Source: Thermoplasmata archaeon (GTDB taxonomy: Archaea > Thermoplasmatota > Thermoplasmata > Thermoplasmatales > Thermoplasmataceae). Taken from it: DNA of 64,000 nt. The translations under genes and the position numbers were made by a program. The stretch covers positions 8,304 to 72,303 of the forward strand of contig JAKACH010000001.1 in assembly GCA_021821635.1 (NCBI GenBank), in the 5' to 3' direction. Position 1 is the first letter of the stretch; each line of letters opens with the position of its first letter. The notes beneath the pieces are model-generated. The model ran no database searches, had not been told where the DNA came from, and saw nothing but the letters and a program-made list of their open reading frames with translations. This document shows positions 28,424 to 36,919 of this stretch, piece by piece.

Positions 28424-28978
28424 ATGAGATTAAAGATCATAACAGTTGCAGTGATCGCCATATTCCTGGCGATTTCATTTCTTCCCAGCGTGAGCAGCGC
28501 GTCCATTCCACCCCTGGGGGCACAGCCATCATCACTCCCGAGCATTCCGTACAATTACGACGGATCGATATATAATATAACATCCAGCAACTGGACATCT
28601 TACTTTGACGACATATACAACAACAGGGCCATTGTTTCATTCAACTGGTCCGGGAATGCCACGGAGGATCTCATCCTCTTCGATCTGAGCTACAAAGGAC
28701 TCAATCCTTATGGATTGCAGATCGTCACACAGCTCTCATCCATCGGTGAACCTTCCCTGAAGAACTTTACCATCGCTTTTAACAGAACAAAATCGATGAG
28801 TTCCCAGGTTCCAGGATACACGAATATCCAGGCGCTAAATGCGGGCGCTTATCCAGGTTTCTCCTGGTCTGTTCCAAAAATTAAGAAACCCGCGGTCCAG
28901 GACACATATATAGGAATTATAGTGGCGCTCATAGCCTCGATATTTGTCCTTTATTTCATTTTTAACCGCAAGAGGTAA
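28424..28978 (+). CDS. small secreted, C-terminally anchored protein
   Basis: The tracked ORF is 28331-28978. The likely start is ATG 28424 (MRLKIITVAVIAIFLAISFLPSVSSAS signal peptide). The C-terminal TM is 'YIGIIVALIASIFVLYFIF' followed by NRKR. Confidence 0.5.
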   Translation: MRLKIITVAVIAIFLAISFLPSVSSASIPPLGAQPSSLPSIPYNYDGSIYNITSSNWTSYFDDIYNNRAIVSFNWSGNATEDLILFDLSYKGLNPYGLQIVTQLSSIGEPSLKNFTIAFNRTKSMSSQVPGYTNIQALNAGAYPGFSWSVPKIKKPAVQDTYIGIIVALIASIFVLYFIFNRKR

Positions 28979-29013
28979 TACTAAATATCTAAGGCAGTTA
29001 TTGTGGCACAGCA

Positions 29014-29577
29014 ATGAAGGATAAATTCGTCATTGGAGTGACCGGTGGTTCCGGTTCAATTCTTGCTCTGACTCTCCTCAGGAATCTTGAAAATTACGAA
29101 ACGCATGTTGTCGTAAGCGAGGGTGCCAAAAAGGTTTTCAGGGAGGAGCTCGGCTCAACAGGGGACGAGTTACTGAAACTTGCCTCCTATACATATGACG
29201 ATAAAGACATATCAGCAAGGATAAGCTCGGGGAGCTTCAAATTCACTGCGGCGGTAATCATACCATGTAGCATCTCAACACTCGGCAAGGTCGCATCTGG
29301 AATCTCGGACACCCTTGTTACGCGTGCCTGTGCCGTGGCACTTAAGGAAAGAAGGAAGCTTATTCTGGTTCCACGAGAGATGCCCCTGAGCACCATTGTT
29401 TTGGAAAACATGCATAAACTCTCTCTGGCGGGTGCTATAGTTGCTCCGGCAAGCCCGGGTTACTATACCAGGCCGAAAAGCGTAGAAGACATGGTAAATT
29501 TTGTAGTATCCAGGGTCCTGGACCTTATGGGAGTTGAAAACGACCTGGTAAGAAGGTGGAGGTCTGGAGAGAAGTAA
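29014..29577 (+). CDS. ubiX: flavin prenyltransferase UbiX/Pad1
   Basis: 187 aa. 'VIGVTGGSGSILALTLL', 'IIPCSISTLGKVASGISDTLVTRA' and 'LILVPREMPLS' are flavoprotein UbiX motifs. Confidence 0.85.
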   Translation: MKDKFVIGVTGGSGSILALTLLRNLENYETHVVVSEGAKKVFREELGSTGDELLKLASYTYDDKDISARISSGSFKFTAAVIIPCSISTLGKVASGISDTLVTRACAVALKERRKLILVPREMPLSTIVLENMHKLSLAGAIVAPASPGYYTRPKSVEDMVNFVVSRVLDLMGVENDLVRRWRSGEK

Positions 29578-29593
29578 ATTCCTTGCAGATCAC

Positions 29594-30025
29594 ATGCTTG
29601 GGCGCCTCGCACGGTGGCTGCGCATAATGGGTTTTGACGTTGAATATGCTGCTTCAAGTCTCAGCGACACTGAAATAATAGAGAAATGCAAAAGCCATGA
29701 TCTGTTCCTTCTAACGAGGGACAAGGAGCTGCATAGCAGATATCTCCCTTCAATGTACTTTACGTCACAGGACCATCGGGAACAGATCAGACAGTTTTTA
29801 TCCACTTTTACTGTCGACAAAAATCTTGTGTTCACAAGATGCACGGAATGCAACCATCCACTCGAAAATAGGGATACAGCCGATCTCAAAGGAAATATTC
29901 CTGAAGGAGTGCGTGAAAGGTTCTCGACAGTTCTCTATTGCTCGAAATGCGGTAAATTCTATTGGGAAGGGGATCACTACGACAAGATAGTTCAATTTCT
30001 TAGAGGGCTGGGCATAGAGATATGA
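29594..30025 (+). CDS. Mut7-C (DUF82) PIN-like RNase domain protein with a zinc ribbon
   Basis: 143 aa. It opens with 'MLGRLARWLRIMGFDV' and has 'CTECNHPL...CSKCGKFYWEG'. Confidence 0.75.
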   Translation: MLGRLARWLRIMGFDVEYAASSLSDTEIIEKCKSHDLFLLTRDKELHSRYLPSMYFTSQDHREQIRQFLSTFTVDKNLVFTRCTECNHPLENRDTADLKGNIPEGVRERFSTVLYCSKCGKFYWEGDHYDKIVQFLRGLGIEI

Positions 30026-31059
30026 AGATACTCCACATTGATGAGCAGACAGTTAACATTCAGGTTGAGGGAATAAACGATCTGTGGTACGTCCAGAACA
30101 TCATCCACCCTGGAGATTCTATCCTGACTGCCGTCAGGAGGAGAACAGAGAAGCAGGAAGACATGGCGAGATCAAAGGAAACAGAACGCGTTACTGTAAC
30201 TGTCACACTGCAGGTCGAAAAGGTCGAGTTTCAGGCCTTCTCTAACAGGCTCAGGATACTTGGCCTTGTAAGTTCCGGTCCTGACGAGATAATGGGAGAG
30301 CATCAGTCCGCAATAGTAAAACCGGGTGACATTTTGAACATACTCAAGCAATCCTGGAACCAGTCGGAACGAAGGATGCTTCAGGAATCCACGGAAGAAT
30401 CTTCCAGGACAGCTGGCATATTCATTGCGGCGGATGATGATGAAGCCAATATTTACCTGCTCAGGGCATACGGCATCCAGAGCGCAGGGCACATTGACTC
30501 CGGAAAAAGCGGGAAATACTATAATTCCTCATATTCAGAGGAATCCTTCTTTCGTCAGATCGCAGACGGCATCAGGCCGTTACTCTCCGGATCAGTACCT
30601 ATAACAATACTGGGACCCGGGTTTGCGCGGGATAACATTGCAGCATATCTTAAGGAACAGGCAGATCTTTCCAAGCATCCTATCGTAACCCACTCTTCGT
30701 CGAGAACGGATGAACAGGCAATATACGAGTACCTGGGAAGCGAGGAGGCAAGGAAGGTATTGGAAAGCACCCGGCTTACCAGGGAACAGAGCTCAATCGA
30801 TTCCTTCATGAAGGCTCTGAAGTCAGGCGGTCTGGCCACTTACGGTTTTGATCAGGTGCAATCCGCTATCGATTCAGGTGCCGTAGCAGAACTGTTGATC
30901 TCCGAGGACAAAGCCAGGGATCCGAAGCACAGGGATCTGATAGAGAAGTCAATGCGCATGGGAGCTAAAATCAGCATACTGAGCTCCCATAGCGATCCAG
31001 GCATCACCCTGAAGGGATTCGGTGGGATTTCCGCGATCCTAAGGTATGCAATATCCTGA
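30022..31059 (+). CDS. pelA: Pelota (Dom34) mRNA surveillance / ribosome rescue factor
   Basis: 345 aa. The N-terminal Sm-like part is 'MKILHIDEQTVNIQVEGINDLWYVQNIIHPGD', followed by eRF1-like central and C-terminal domains. The ATG overlaps the upstream stop. Confidence 0.9.
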   Translation: MKILHIDEQTVNIQVEGINDLWYVQNIIHPGDSILTAVRRRTEKQEDMARSKETERVTVTVTLQVEKVEFQAFSNRLRILGLVSSGPDEIMGEHQSAIVKPGDILNILKQSWNQSERRMLQESTEESSRTAGIFIAADDDEANIYLLRAYGIQSAGHIDSGKSGKYYNSSYSEESFFRQIADGIRPLLSGSVPITILGPGFARDNIAAYLKEQADLSKHPIVTHSSSRTDEQAIYEYLGSEEARKVLESTRLTREQSSIDSFMKALKSGGLATYGFDQVQSAIDSGAVAELLISEDKARDPKHRDLIEKSMRMGAKISILSSHSDPGITLKGFGGISAILRYAIS

Positions 31060-31090
31060 TAGTGAATTATTCGAAGAGTCAAAAAAGGTA

Positions 31091-31103
31091 ATATAATTTA
31101 TAA
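31091..31103 (+). promoter_or_regulatory. putative TATA box of tRNA-Glu
   Basis: ATATAATTTATAA lies 18-30 nt upstream of the tRNA 5' end. Confidence 0.35.
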
Positions 31104-31120
31104 GGCTTTCCGCTAGGCTC

Positions 31121-31195
31121 GCTCCGATAGTGTAGTCCGGCCAAGCATACCGGCCTTTCAAGCCGGCGACCCGGGTCCAAATCCCGGTCGGAGCA
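31121..31195 (+). tRNA. tRNA-Glu (anticodon UUC)
   Basis: The sequence is GCTCCGATAGTGTAGTCCGGCCAAGCATACCGGCCTTTCAAGCCGGCGACCCGGGTCCAAATCCCGGTCGGAGCA. The acceptor stem is GCTCCGA/TCGGAGC. The anticodon stem is CCGGC/GCCGG with loop CTTTCAA. The T arm is CCGGG-TCCAAAT-CCCGG. Confidence 0.9.
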
Positions 31196-31440
31196 TCATA
31201 ACATCTGTTACATTTAATTTCGAGAGAAAATCATTCTCTATATGCGCAGATGGGTTTTTAAATATGAAAAGTGCCCAATATGAAATCTTTTTAATCAATC
31301 ACACGCCGAAAATAAGGTTCATCTCATTTATTATCAGCTAGAGCATTATTCCATTTGATATATTCGAAGATTCCCTACTACGTACAGGTGCATCAAGTAG
31401 AAGTGCTATCATTTAATAAGTCGGTTCAAATTTGCAATGC

Positions 31441-34400
31441 ATGAAACGTCTTGTCCGGGTCATCCTCGTCCTCTCCATGGTCATTTTTCTCCTTTTGATA
31501 TCAGTGAATATTCCTGGCAACACTTCCTATGGAGAAAAGGGTCCATCCGTTCATTCTTCACAATCAAGTTTACCAGCTAACAACAGTAGCCTGACTTTTG
31601 TGGCACCGTCAATTGCACCGATATCCACAACCGCAAGGTTGAATGGAACATGGAGCTCTATGTTCAACTACACTCTTGAAAGAATGAATGATTCAAGGAT
31701 TCCTCAAATTGCTAAAATGCTCCCCAACTTCAATGTACCAAACTCCGGTAAACTCGTTACAGGTCCCGTGTACACTTCGGCCCCAGCTCCTATGGGGCTG
31801 GCTTCATACGGCCTCAGGAACGAGTCCGGGACAATTGTTCCCTACACTTACACAACAGGCAGTTTCGATGGAAGGATAAACATAAGCAGCGTATCTGAGT
31901 TCTACCCAGGAACGAGTTCTCCATATTCCTTCTCCATACAGTTCAATGCGGTACTTACAGGGGTTACCATAGCAGGCGTCCCCGGTTACGAATACTGGAT
32001 TCAGAATGTTGCATTTTACTCTTCCAGAACTCACCAGCTTACTTTTGTGGACAACATATGGAACTTCAGCTCGCCGAATGCTGTCATTAACAATGGAACA
32101 TTTCACAGCTATACGGGGAATTTGGTACCTGGTCTTTACTACTACAAGGTGGGACCAACTTACACAGTCGCTGCGCCGTTCTCACTCTCACTCTACCTGA
32201 ATACCACTAATGTGGCACAGGAGAATTCTGTATTCTTCAACTATACACTGACAAATGCAAGCTTTAACGGAAGGTCAGGTACCTTCTCCTCCTCTTACGA
32301 CAATGTGCAGTTCAATTCCACACTTCGAGGATCCAGTTCTACTGTACCAGATGCATACTTCAAGGTCAGCGGTAACACTCTTTCCGGAACTGGTGCCATT
32401 CCGCTCGACGCGGAGCTGGATCTTGGGGGTCCGGGTGGCGGTTCAACTGCTGATTTCAACCAGATCAATGCATCCCTCAACATGTATTATCAGGATTCAT
32501 CATACAGGATGGTGCCAATAGGGTCCGCCTATGATTCAGGCTCTGCAACAGGCGAGACTTCCTCTGGAGTATCGGCATACTACACCGGTACAACCGAATA
32601 CCTTTTCACTGGCCCATCCTTTATTTCAGGGCTCTGGAACATAACCTCACCAAGCGAATCTGGGTTTGCTCTAGTCACCGCATCAATAAACCCGGAATCA
32701 GCCTTTGTAATGTTCAGCCATGGAAGCTCATTCAGCAGCTCAGATGCTCAGTGGGCACCAACTGGTACCGGGGGAGCGTTCACAACGCATCTTATGCCCG
32801 GAACATACGCCATGAAGGTTATGCTCAGTTACCATAACCCGTCCTCCGTTTATCCTATTTCACTCGGTCAGGACGGCTTCAGTGCACTCGGAAGTATCAC
32901 ACTGACTTCGAACGAAACTGCAGGTCTCTATACCCCACTGTACATATCAGGGAACGCTGAAATGGCACAGCTTGCAATTTCCGGCAACGGTTCTGAGAGG
33001 AATCCATATGTTCTTCCAGGATACGGATACCTGAGATCCATGGGTCTCGATTCTGTAAGCACGCTCAACCAAGCTTTCAACGTAGTCAACGACTACCTTT
33101 TCCCTGAATTCACTGGATTACTTGTCAAGGATTCCAGCTCCTACGCAGTTATGAATGGATTCAAGAGTCCTGGAGGCGGGCCTGCTTTCCAGTATGTTCT
33201 TTCAGGTAAACTTAACCTTGCCATCGCGCAGCTTCTTGGCATGACAGCAGCAAACAACCTGGGCATTTACTTCTATAACTCATCACATGTCATCATGACA
33301 AACAGCACCATATCAGGCGCTTTTCCTGCTGAGATCTTCAGTGGCAACACCTATTACAATGTGCCCTATGTCGCTGGCCTGACACTGTGGAACGTCACCT
33401 CAAGCCTTGTAGAAAACAACCTGATCTGCAGCGAGGGATCCGGGCTGCTTATATATGGCGACGCTTCAATATCATCGGGCAATTATGTCTGGAATAACAC
33501 GTTTATCAATGCACCAGTTATATCTAATGGATCTTACTATGGTTTTGCACCCATAGGACTCACGGTAGAAAGCAGCGGGAATACCGTTTTCAATAATATT
33601 TTTGATACAACCATTACCATTGTGAGCATTGACGGGCTGTATGCAAATATATACAATGACGGCAACGTAACATATCATAATGCATTCAACATATCAAGGA
33701 GATCGGCTGCAAGCTCCACAGTTATGGATGGAGAAGTTCTTACAGGAAGCATAATTGGAGGCAGTTATCAGGGAGGGAATTTCTATTACAATTATTTCGG
33801 TGATGGTTCATCTCCCTACAACGGTAGTGGGCTGGGGCTTATATTTCCCGGGCAGAATATTTTCAACGGAAGCATCAATGACGGGTTCGACTTCGTCCCT
33901 CTTCAGCTATACACAACAATGGTAAATGTATCCGCATCCGGGCTGCCTGTAAACCAGATCACATACTTTGACATAAACAATGCCGTCTATAGCATAAGTT
34001 ACGGTTCTGTAAAGAGCATATACGTTCCTAACGGTACATACCAGATCCTGGGTTTTATTCTCCTGAATACTGAGGAGGAGTTTGTGCCGACTTCATACAT
34101 AGGCTCACAGATGCTTCAATCCGGAGTATTCTACGTCCATGGACCTGTGGGTAACATATTCATTGAGTACAACCTGTACATGAATGTCACTGTCAAGGAA
34201 ACCGGTATACCTGCCGGATCAACGTGGGGATTCTCCATACCACAGGCTGGTATCGGATTCACTCTGGATGGTGGCAGCGTATCAATATTCCTTGAGTATG
34301 GAAAACTTTACCAGATATTTCCGCAATCAGTTCCAGGATATTATACAGACAGCTTCTATCCATTCACAGTCACAGGGTCTCTTAATATCACAATAGCTTA

Positions 34401-34767
34401 CTTCCCGACAGGGATGCCATCCTCATTCTCGGTCACTTTTCATGAAACCGGACTGCCCAGTGGCACTCTCTGGCATGTATATATAGATACACAGGAATTT
34501 AACAGTACTTCTCCTACCATGACTATCCTTAACTTTACAGATGGAACATATGCCTACAACGTCTCACATTTAAACGGGTACCAGAACATCGAGGGTCAAC
34601 AGTTCACTGTTAATCAGTCGAATATTACGATAGAACTGATGTTCACAAGAACTTCAGGCAGCACATCATCGCTGTACATAATTGTGGGGGCAATTTTGGG
34701 TTTGGCTGCTGGATCTATTATAACTTATGCTCTGATGAGAAGAAGACGCCGAGAGATCCCATCATGA
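31441..34767 (+). CDS. membrane-anchored giant glycoprotein with an N-terminal thermopsin-like (peptidase A5) domain, beta-helix-like repeats and Ig-like repeats
   Basis: The tracked ORF starts at TTG 31432, and ATG 31441 gives MKRLVRVILVLSMVIFLLLISV. 'APAPMGLASYGL', 'YEYWIQNVAF', 'LTFVDNIWNFSS' and 'DAELDLGGPGGGS' match my memory of Sulfolobus thermopsin. The C-terminal TM is 'LYIIVGAILGLAAGSIITYAL' followed by MRRRRRE. Confidence 0.75.
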   Translation: MKRLVRVILVLSMVIFLLLISVNIPGNTSYGEKGPSVHSSQSSLPANNSSLTFVAPSIAPISTTARLNGTWSSMFNYTLERMNDSRIPQIAKMLPNFNVPNSGKLVTGPVYTSAPAPMGLASYGLRNESGTIVPYTYTTGSFDGRINISSVSEFYPGTSSPYSFSIQFNAVLTGVTIAGVPGYEYWIQNVAFYSSRTHQLTFVDNIWNFSSPNAVINNGTFHSYTGNLVPGLYYYKVGPTYTVAAPFSLSLYLNTTNVAQENSVFFNYTLTNASFNGRSGTFSSSYDNVQFNSTLRGSSSTVPDAYFKVSGNTLSGTGAIPLDAELDLGGPGGGSTADFNQINASLNMYYQDSSYRMVPIGSAYDSGSATGETSSGVSAYYTGTTEYLFTGPSFISGLWNITSPSESGFALVTASINPESAFVMFSHGSSFSSSDAQWAPTGTGGAFTTHLMPGTYAMKVMLSYHNPSSVYPISLGQDGFSALGSITLTSNETAGLYTPLYISGNAEMAQLAISGNGSERNPYVLPGYGYLRSMGLDSVSTLNQAFNVVNDYLFPEFTGLLVKDSSSYAVMNGFKSPGGGPAFQYVLSGKLNLAIAQLLGMTAANNLGIYFYNSSHVIMTNSTISGAFPAEIFSGNTYYNVPYVAGLTLWNVTSSLVENNLICSEGSGLLIYGDASISSGNYVWNNTFINAPVISNGSYYGFAPIGLTVESSGNTVFNNIFDTTITIVSIDGLYANIYNDGNVTYHNAFNISRRSAASSTVMDGEVLTGSIIGGSYQGGNFYYNYFGDGSSPYNGSGLGLIFPGQNIFNGSINDGFDFVPLQLYTTMVNVSASGLPVNQITYFDINNAVYSISYGSVKSIYVPNGTYQILGFILLNTEEEFVPTSYIGSQMLQSGVFYVHGPVGNIFIEYNLYMNVTVKETGIPAGSTWGFSIPQAGIGFTLDGGSVSIFLEYGKLYQIFPQSVPGYYTDSFYPFTVTGSLNITIAYFPTGMPSSFSVTFHETGLPSGTLWHVYIDTQEFNSTSPTMTILNFTDGTYAYNVSHLNGYQNIEGQQFTVNQSNITIELMFTRTSGSTSSLYIIVGAILGLAAGSIITYALMRRRRREIPS

Positions 34768-35577
34768 GGACATATTATTCTTCAGGAACTCTTCACCAAA
34801 CAGCTTGCAGGTAATGTAACCAACCAGGGCTGAAATACCCCGTATAATGTACCAGAAATTGATTATCTGCGGCTTGAATATTTCCGATGCCCTGAAGTGG
34901 CTCCAAACATTTTCATGCTTCAGCGTAAGCTGTTTCCGTCCGAATCCATTCCAGAAAGCCTGTTCCACGAAGCCCACCACGGTGCTTCTCGCTCTGTGAT
35001 ATATTGTGCAATCAGGACAGTATTCTATCCTGGCACCATGCATAACAGCCCTGATGTTTAGGTCAATGTCCTCTGCCGTGACGAAGATTGGATCAAATCC
35101 CCCAATCTCAAGGAAAAGTGGCTTTTCATATCCAAGGTTAACGCTCGGATATGTTACGTCAAAATCATCAAAAAAAAGCTCAACCCGTCCCAGGCGTTCA
35201 AATGGCTGATAACCCATGGCAATAGCCTTACCGGCCACCACCTTGGCTCCTTTCTTGAACAAGCGTCTCATCTTCATTATCCAGAAGGCATTGGCAATTG
35301 CATCGCCGTCTGTAAAAAGAACGTAGTCATAAAGAGCCTGCCTTACTCCAATATTTCGTCCCTCGCCCCTGCTGCATTTCTTCTGGATCAGGTGTACAAA
35401 CGGGAACTCAATCGAATACTTCAAGACTATATCGGCTGTGTCATCCGTGCTCAGCGAATCTACAACTATAACCTCAAAAGGCTGCTCCTGGGACACAAGG
35501 CTGTCAAGGAGATCGGCAATGTAATGACCCATGTTAAGCGTAGTAATGACAACCGAAATGCCGTCAGGATCCCCCAT
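34762..35577 (-). CDS. family 2 glycosyltransferase
   Basis: 271 aa. Motifs are 'ISVVITTLNMGHYIADLLDSLVSQ', 'VIVVDSLSTDDT' and 'LFTDGD'. Confidence 0.8.
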   Translation of the reverse strand: MGDPDGISVVITTLNMGHYIADLLDSLVSQEQPFEVIVVDSLSTDDTADIVLKYSIEFPFVHLIQKKCSRGEGRNIGVRQALYDYVLFTDGDAIANAFWIMKMRRLFKKGAKVVAGKAIAMGYQPFERLGRVELFFDDFDVTYPSVNLGYEKPLFLEIGGFDPIFVTAEDIDLNIRAVMHGARIEYCPDCTIYHRARSTVVGFVEQAFWNGFGRKQLTLKHENVWSHFRASEIFKPQIINFWYIIRGISALVGYITCKLFGEEFLKNNMSS

Positions 35578-35580
35578 GGA

Positions 35581-35772
35581 TTATACCCAGTCCATCCGCT
35601 TCAGCTCTCGTTCCTTCTTCGTCGCTTTTTTGTATTCCTTGTAATGTTCCCTGCACAGGTGGACTTTACCCTTGCCCTCAATCGCGGGGAAAGCTTTGTG
35701 CGCTAGATCTGCGGGTACTGTCTGGAAGCTGTCGTTAGTGCAACCAGGCACCTCACACTTCTTATCTGCCAT
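35581..35772 (-). CDS. small Cys/His (zinc-binding-like) basic protein
   Basis: 63 aa. It has 'CEVPGC...HLCREH' and a Lys-rich C-terminus. It ends 4 nt before the GT2 start. Confidence 0.5.
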   Translation of the reverse strand: MADKKCEVPGCTNDSFQTVPADLAHKAFPAIEGKGKVHLCREHYKEYKKATKKERELKRMDWV

Positions 35773-35838
35773 ACCGCAACGAATCCAGAACTACATAGAT
35801 GTATTTTTCGGTGCGAACTTCAATGTTGAACAATAAAT

Positions 35839-36141
35839 GCCCGGAGTAAGCCTCTTTCTGTTTCCCGCTTCTGCGGCTGACAGCATTCGACTGATGACCT
35901 TTCGGTCTGCGTCTTACCCGGCCCTTACGGTAACCTCACTGGGCCTGTTTAGACTTTCTCCATTCAGGGAGAGTTCCCATCGGTGCTTCCAGGAACGTCA
36001 TCGTTCCGAATCATACTTTGCTGGAAACCGTGTATTTCTTTTCTCTTTACCATCCCTCTCGGGATACCGGCTTGCGCCGGTTGAACTTTACCGTGGAGAG
36101 AGGACTTTCCTCACTCTTTCGAGCGTTAGCTGTCCTCGGGC
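35839..36141 (-). ncRNA. rnpB: RNase P RNA (archaeal type A-like)
   Basis: The minus strand reads GCCCGAGGACAGCUAACGCUCGAAAGAGUGAGGAAAGUCCUCUC...GGGAAACAGAAAGAGGCUUACUCCGGGC. It carries the universal CR-I 'GAGGAAAGUCC' and CR-V 'ACAGAA..GGCUUA' motifs. The 5' GCCCGAGG and 3' CUCCGGGC can pair as P1. Length is about 300 nt and the end points are approximate. Confidence 0.8.
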
Positions 36142-36236
36142 TTTTACATTCGGTCAAAGAAGAGAGAACAGCTTTATTATCTTTATCAGTGGATGTTCCA
36201 GATAAAAAATAAATTCAGAACGGGTCCCTTCATGTA

Positions 36237-36854
36237 TCACACCTGAACCTTCTCAGCCCATTTCCTCGAGATCAGCATGTTTGCAAAACCCTCCTTCAGG
36301 TGGACTATATCGTTATTCCTGAGCACATAGTCTCCTTCTGGTTGCGATATAGGTGGAAGATCTGATGTAATCCGCAGAAGAACATAATTATCCTCAACCT
36401 TTTTCTGCTCTGTTACGGGTTGAAGTTCTATCTCCTCAGTCGTAACCGCAGGAACTGTGGTTTCGCGTTCCGAAGTATCAGTGAATCTGTGAATCATGTC
36501 CTGAATAGTCTGTTTCTGCTTTTCAAGGAATTCCTTTTCCTCTGAAGTAAGCTGGTTCCATTCCTCTCCATCAACCTCATGCAGCGAGAGACGCATCAGC
36601 TTGCTGAACCTGAGCTGGAAAAAGACTGTGAAATCAGTCTCAACCTGCTTAATACGTTCCTTAATCTTCATGTATTTCTCGATGTCAGAAGCAACTGCAC
36701 CATCCGCCTCGATCCTGAGGGTCCGGAGGGCTTCGAGTACACTGCGGTAAAAGTCAGATTCTATTTTCCTGACCTTCTTGGAGCTTTTCTCCACCCTCAC
36801 GGCAGTCTGCAGGTCAGTGCAGACCTTGTCAACCTGAATGGGTGTTAGCGTCAT
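36237..36854 (-). CDS. possible GINS subunit (Gins51-like)
   Basis: 205 aa. It has a helical N-terminal part with 'DFYRSVLEAL'. The small C-terminal beta domain 'YVLLRITSDLPPISQPEGDYVLRNNDIVHLKEGFANMLISRKWAEKV' resembles the GINS B-domain pattern. The call is tentative. Confidence 0.4.
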   Translation of the reverse strand: MTLTPIQVDKVCTDLQTAVRVEKSSKKVRKIESDFYRSVLEALRTLRIEADGAVASDIEKYMKIKERIKQVETDFTVFFQLRFSKLMRLSLHEVDGEEWNQLTSEEKEFLEKQKQTIQDMIHRFTDTSERETTVPAVTTEEIELQPVTEQKKVEDNYVLLRITSDLPPISQPEGDYVLRNNDIVHLKEGFANMLISRKWAEKVQV

Positions 36855-36919
36855 GGTGGTTAATCACGGATGCGATATTATTATCTTTCTGAAGACAAAT
36901 TCCCACTTCTTGCAAAGGG

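Noticed and set aside
35837-36212. The 122-aa and 64-aa plus-strand ORFs
   Set aside because: They lie exactly over the RNase P RNA on the opposite strand. They are Cys/Arg/Ser/Phe-rich nonsense sequence and are explained by the GC-rich structured RNA.
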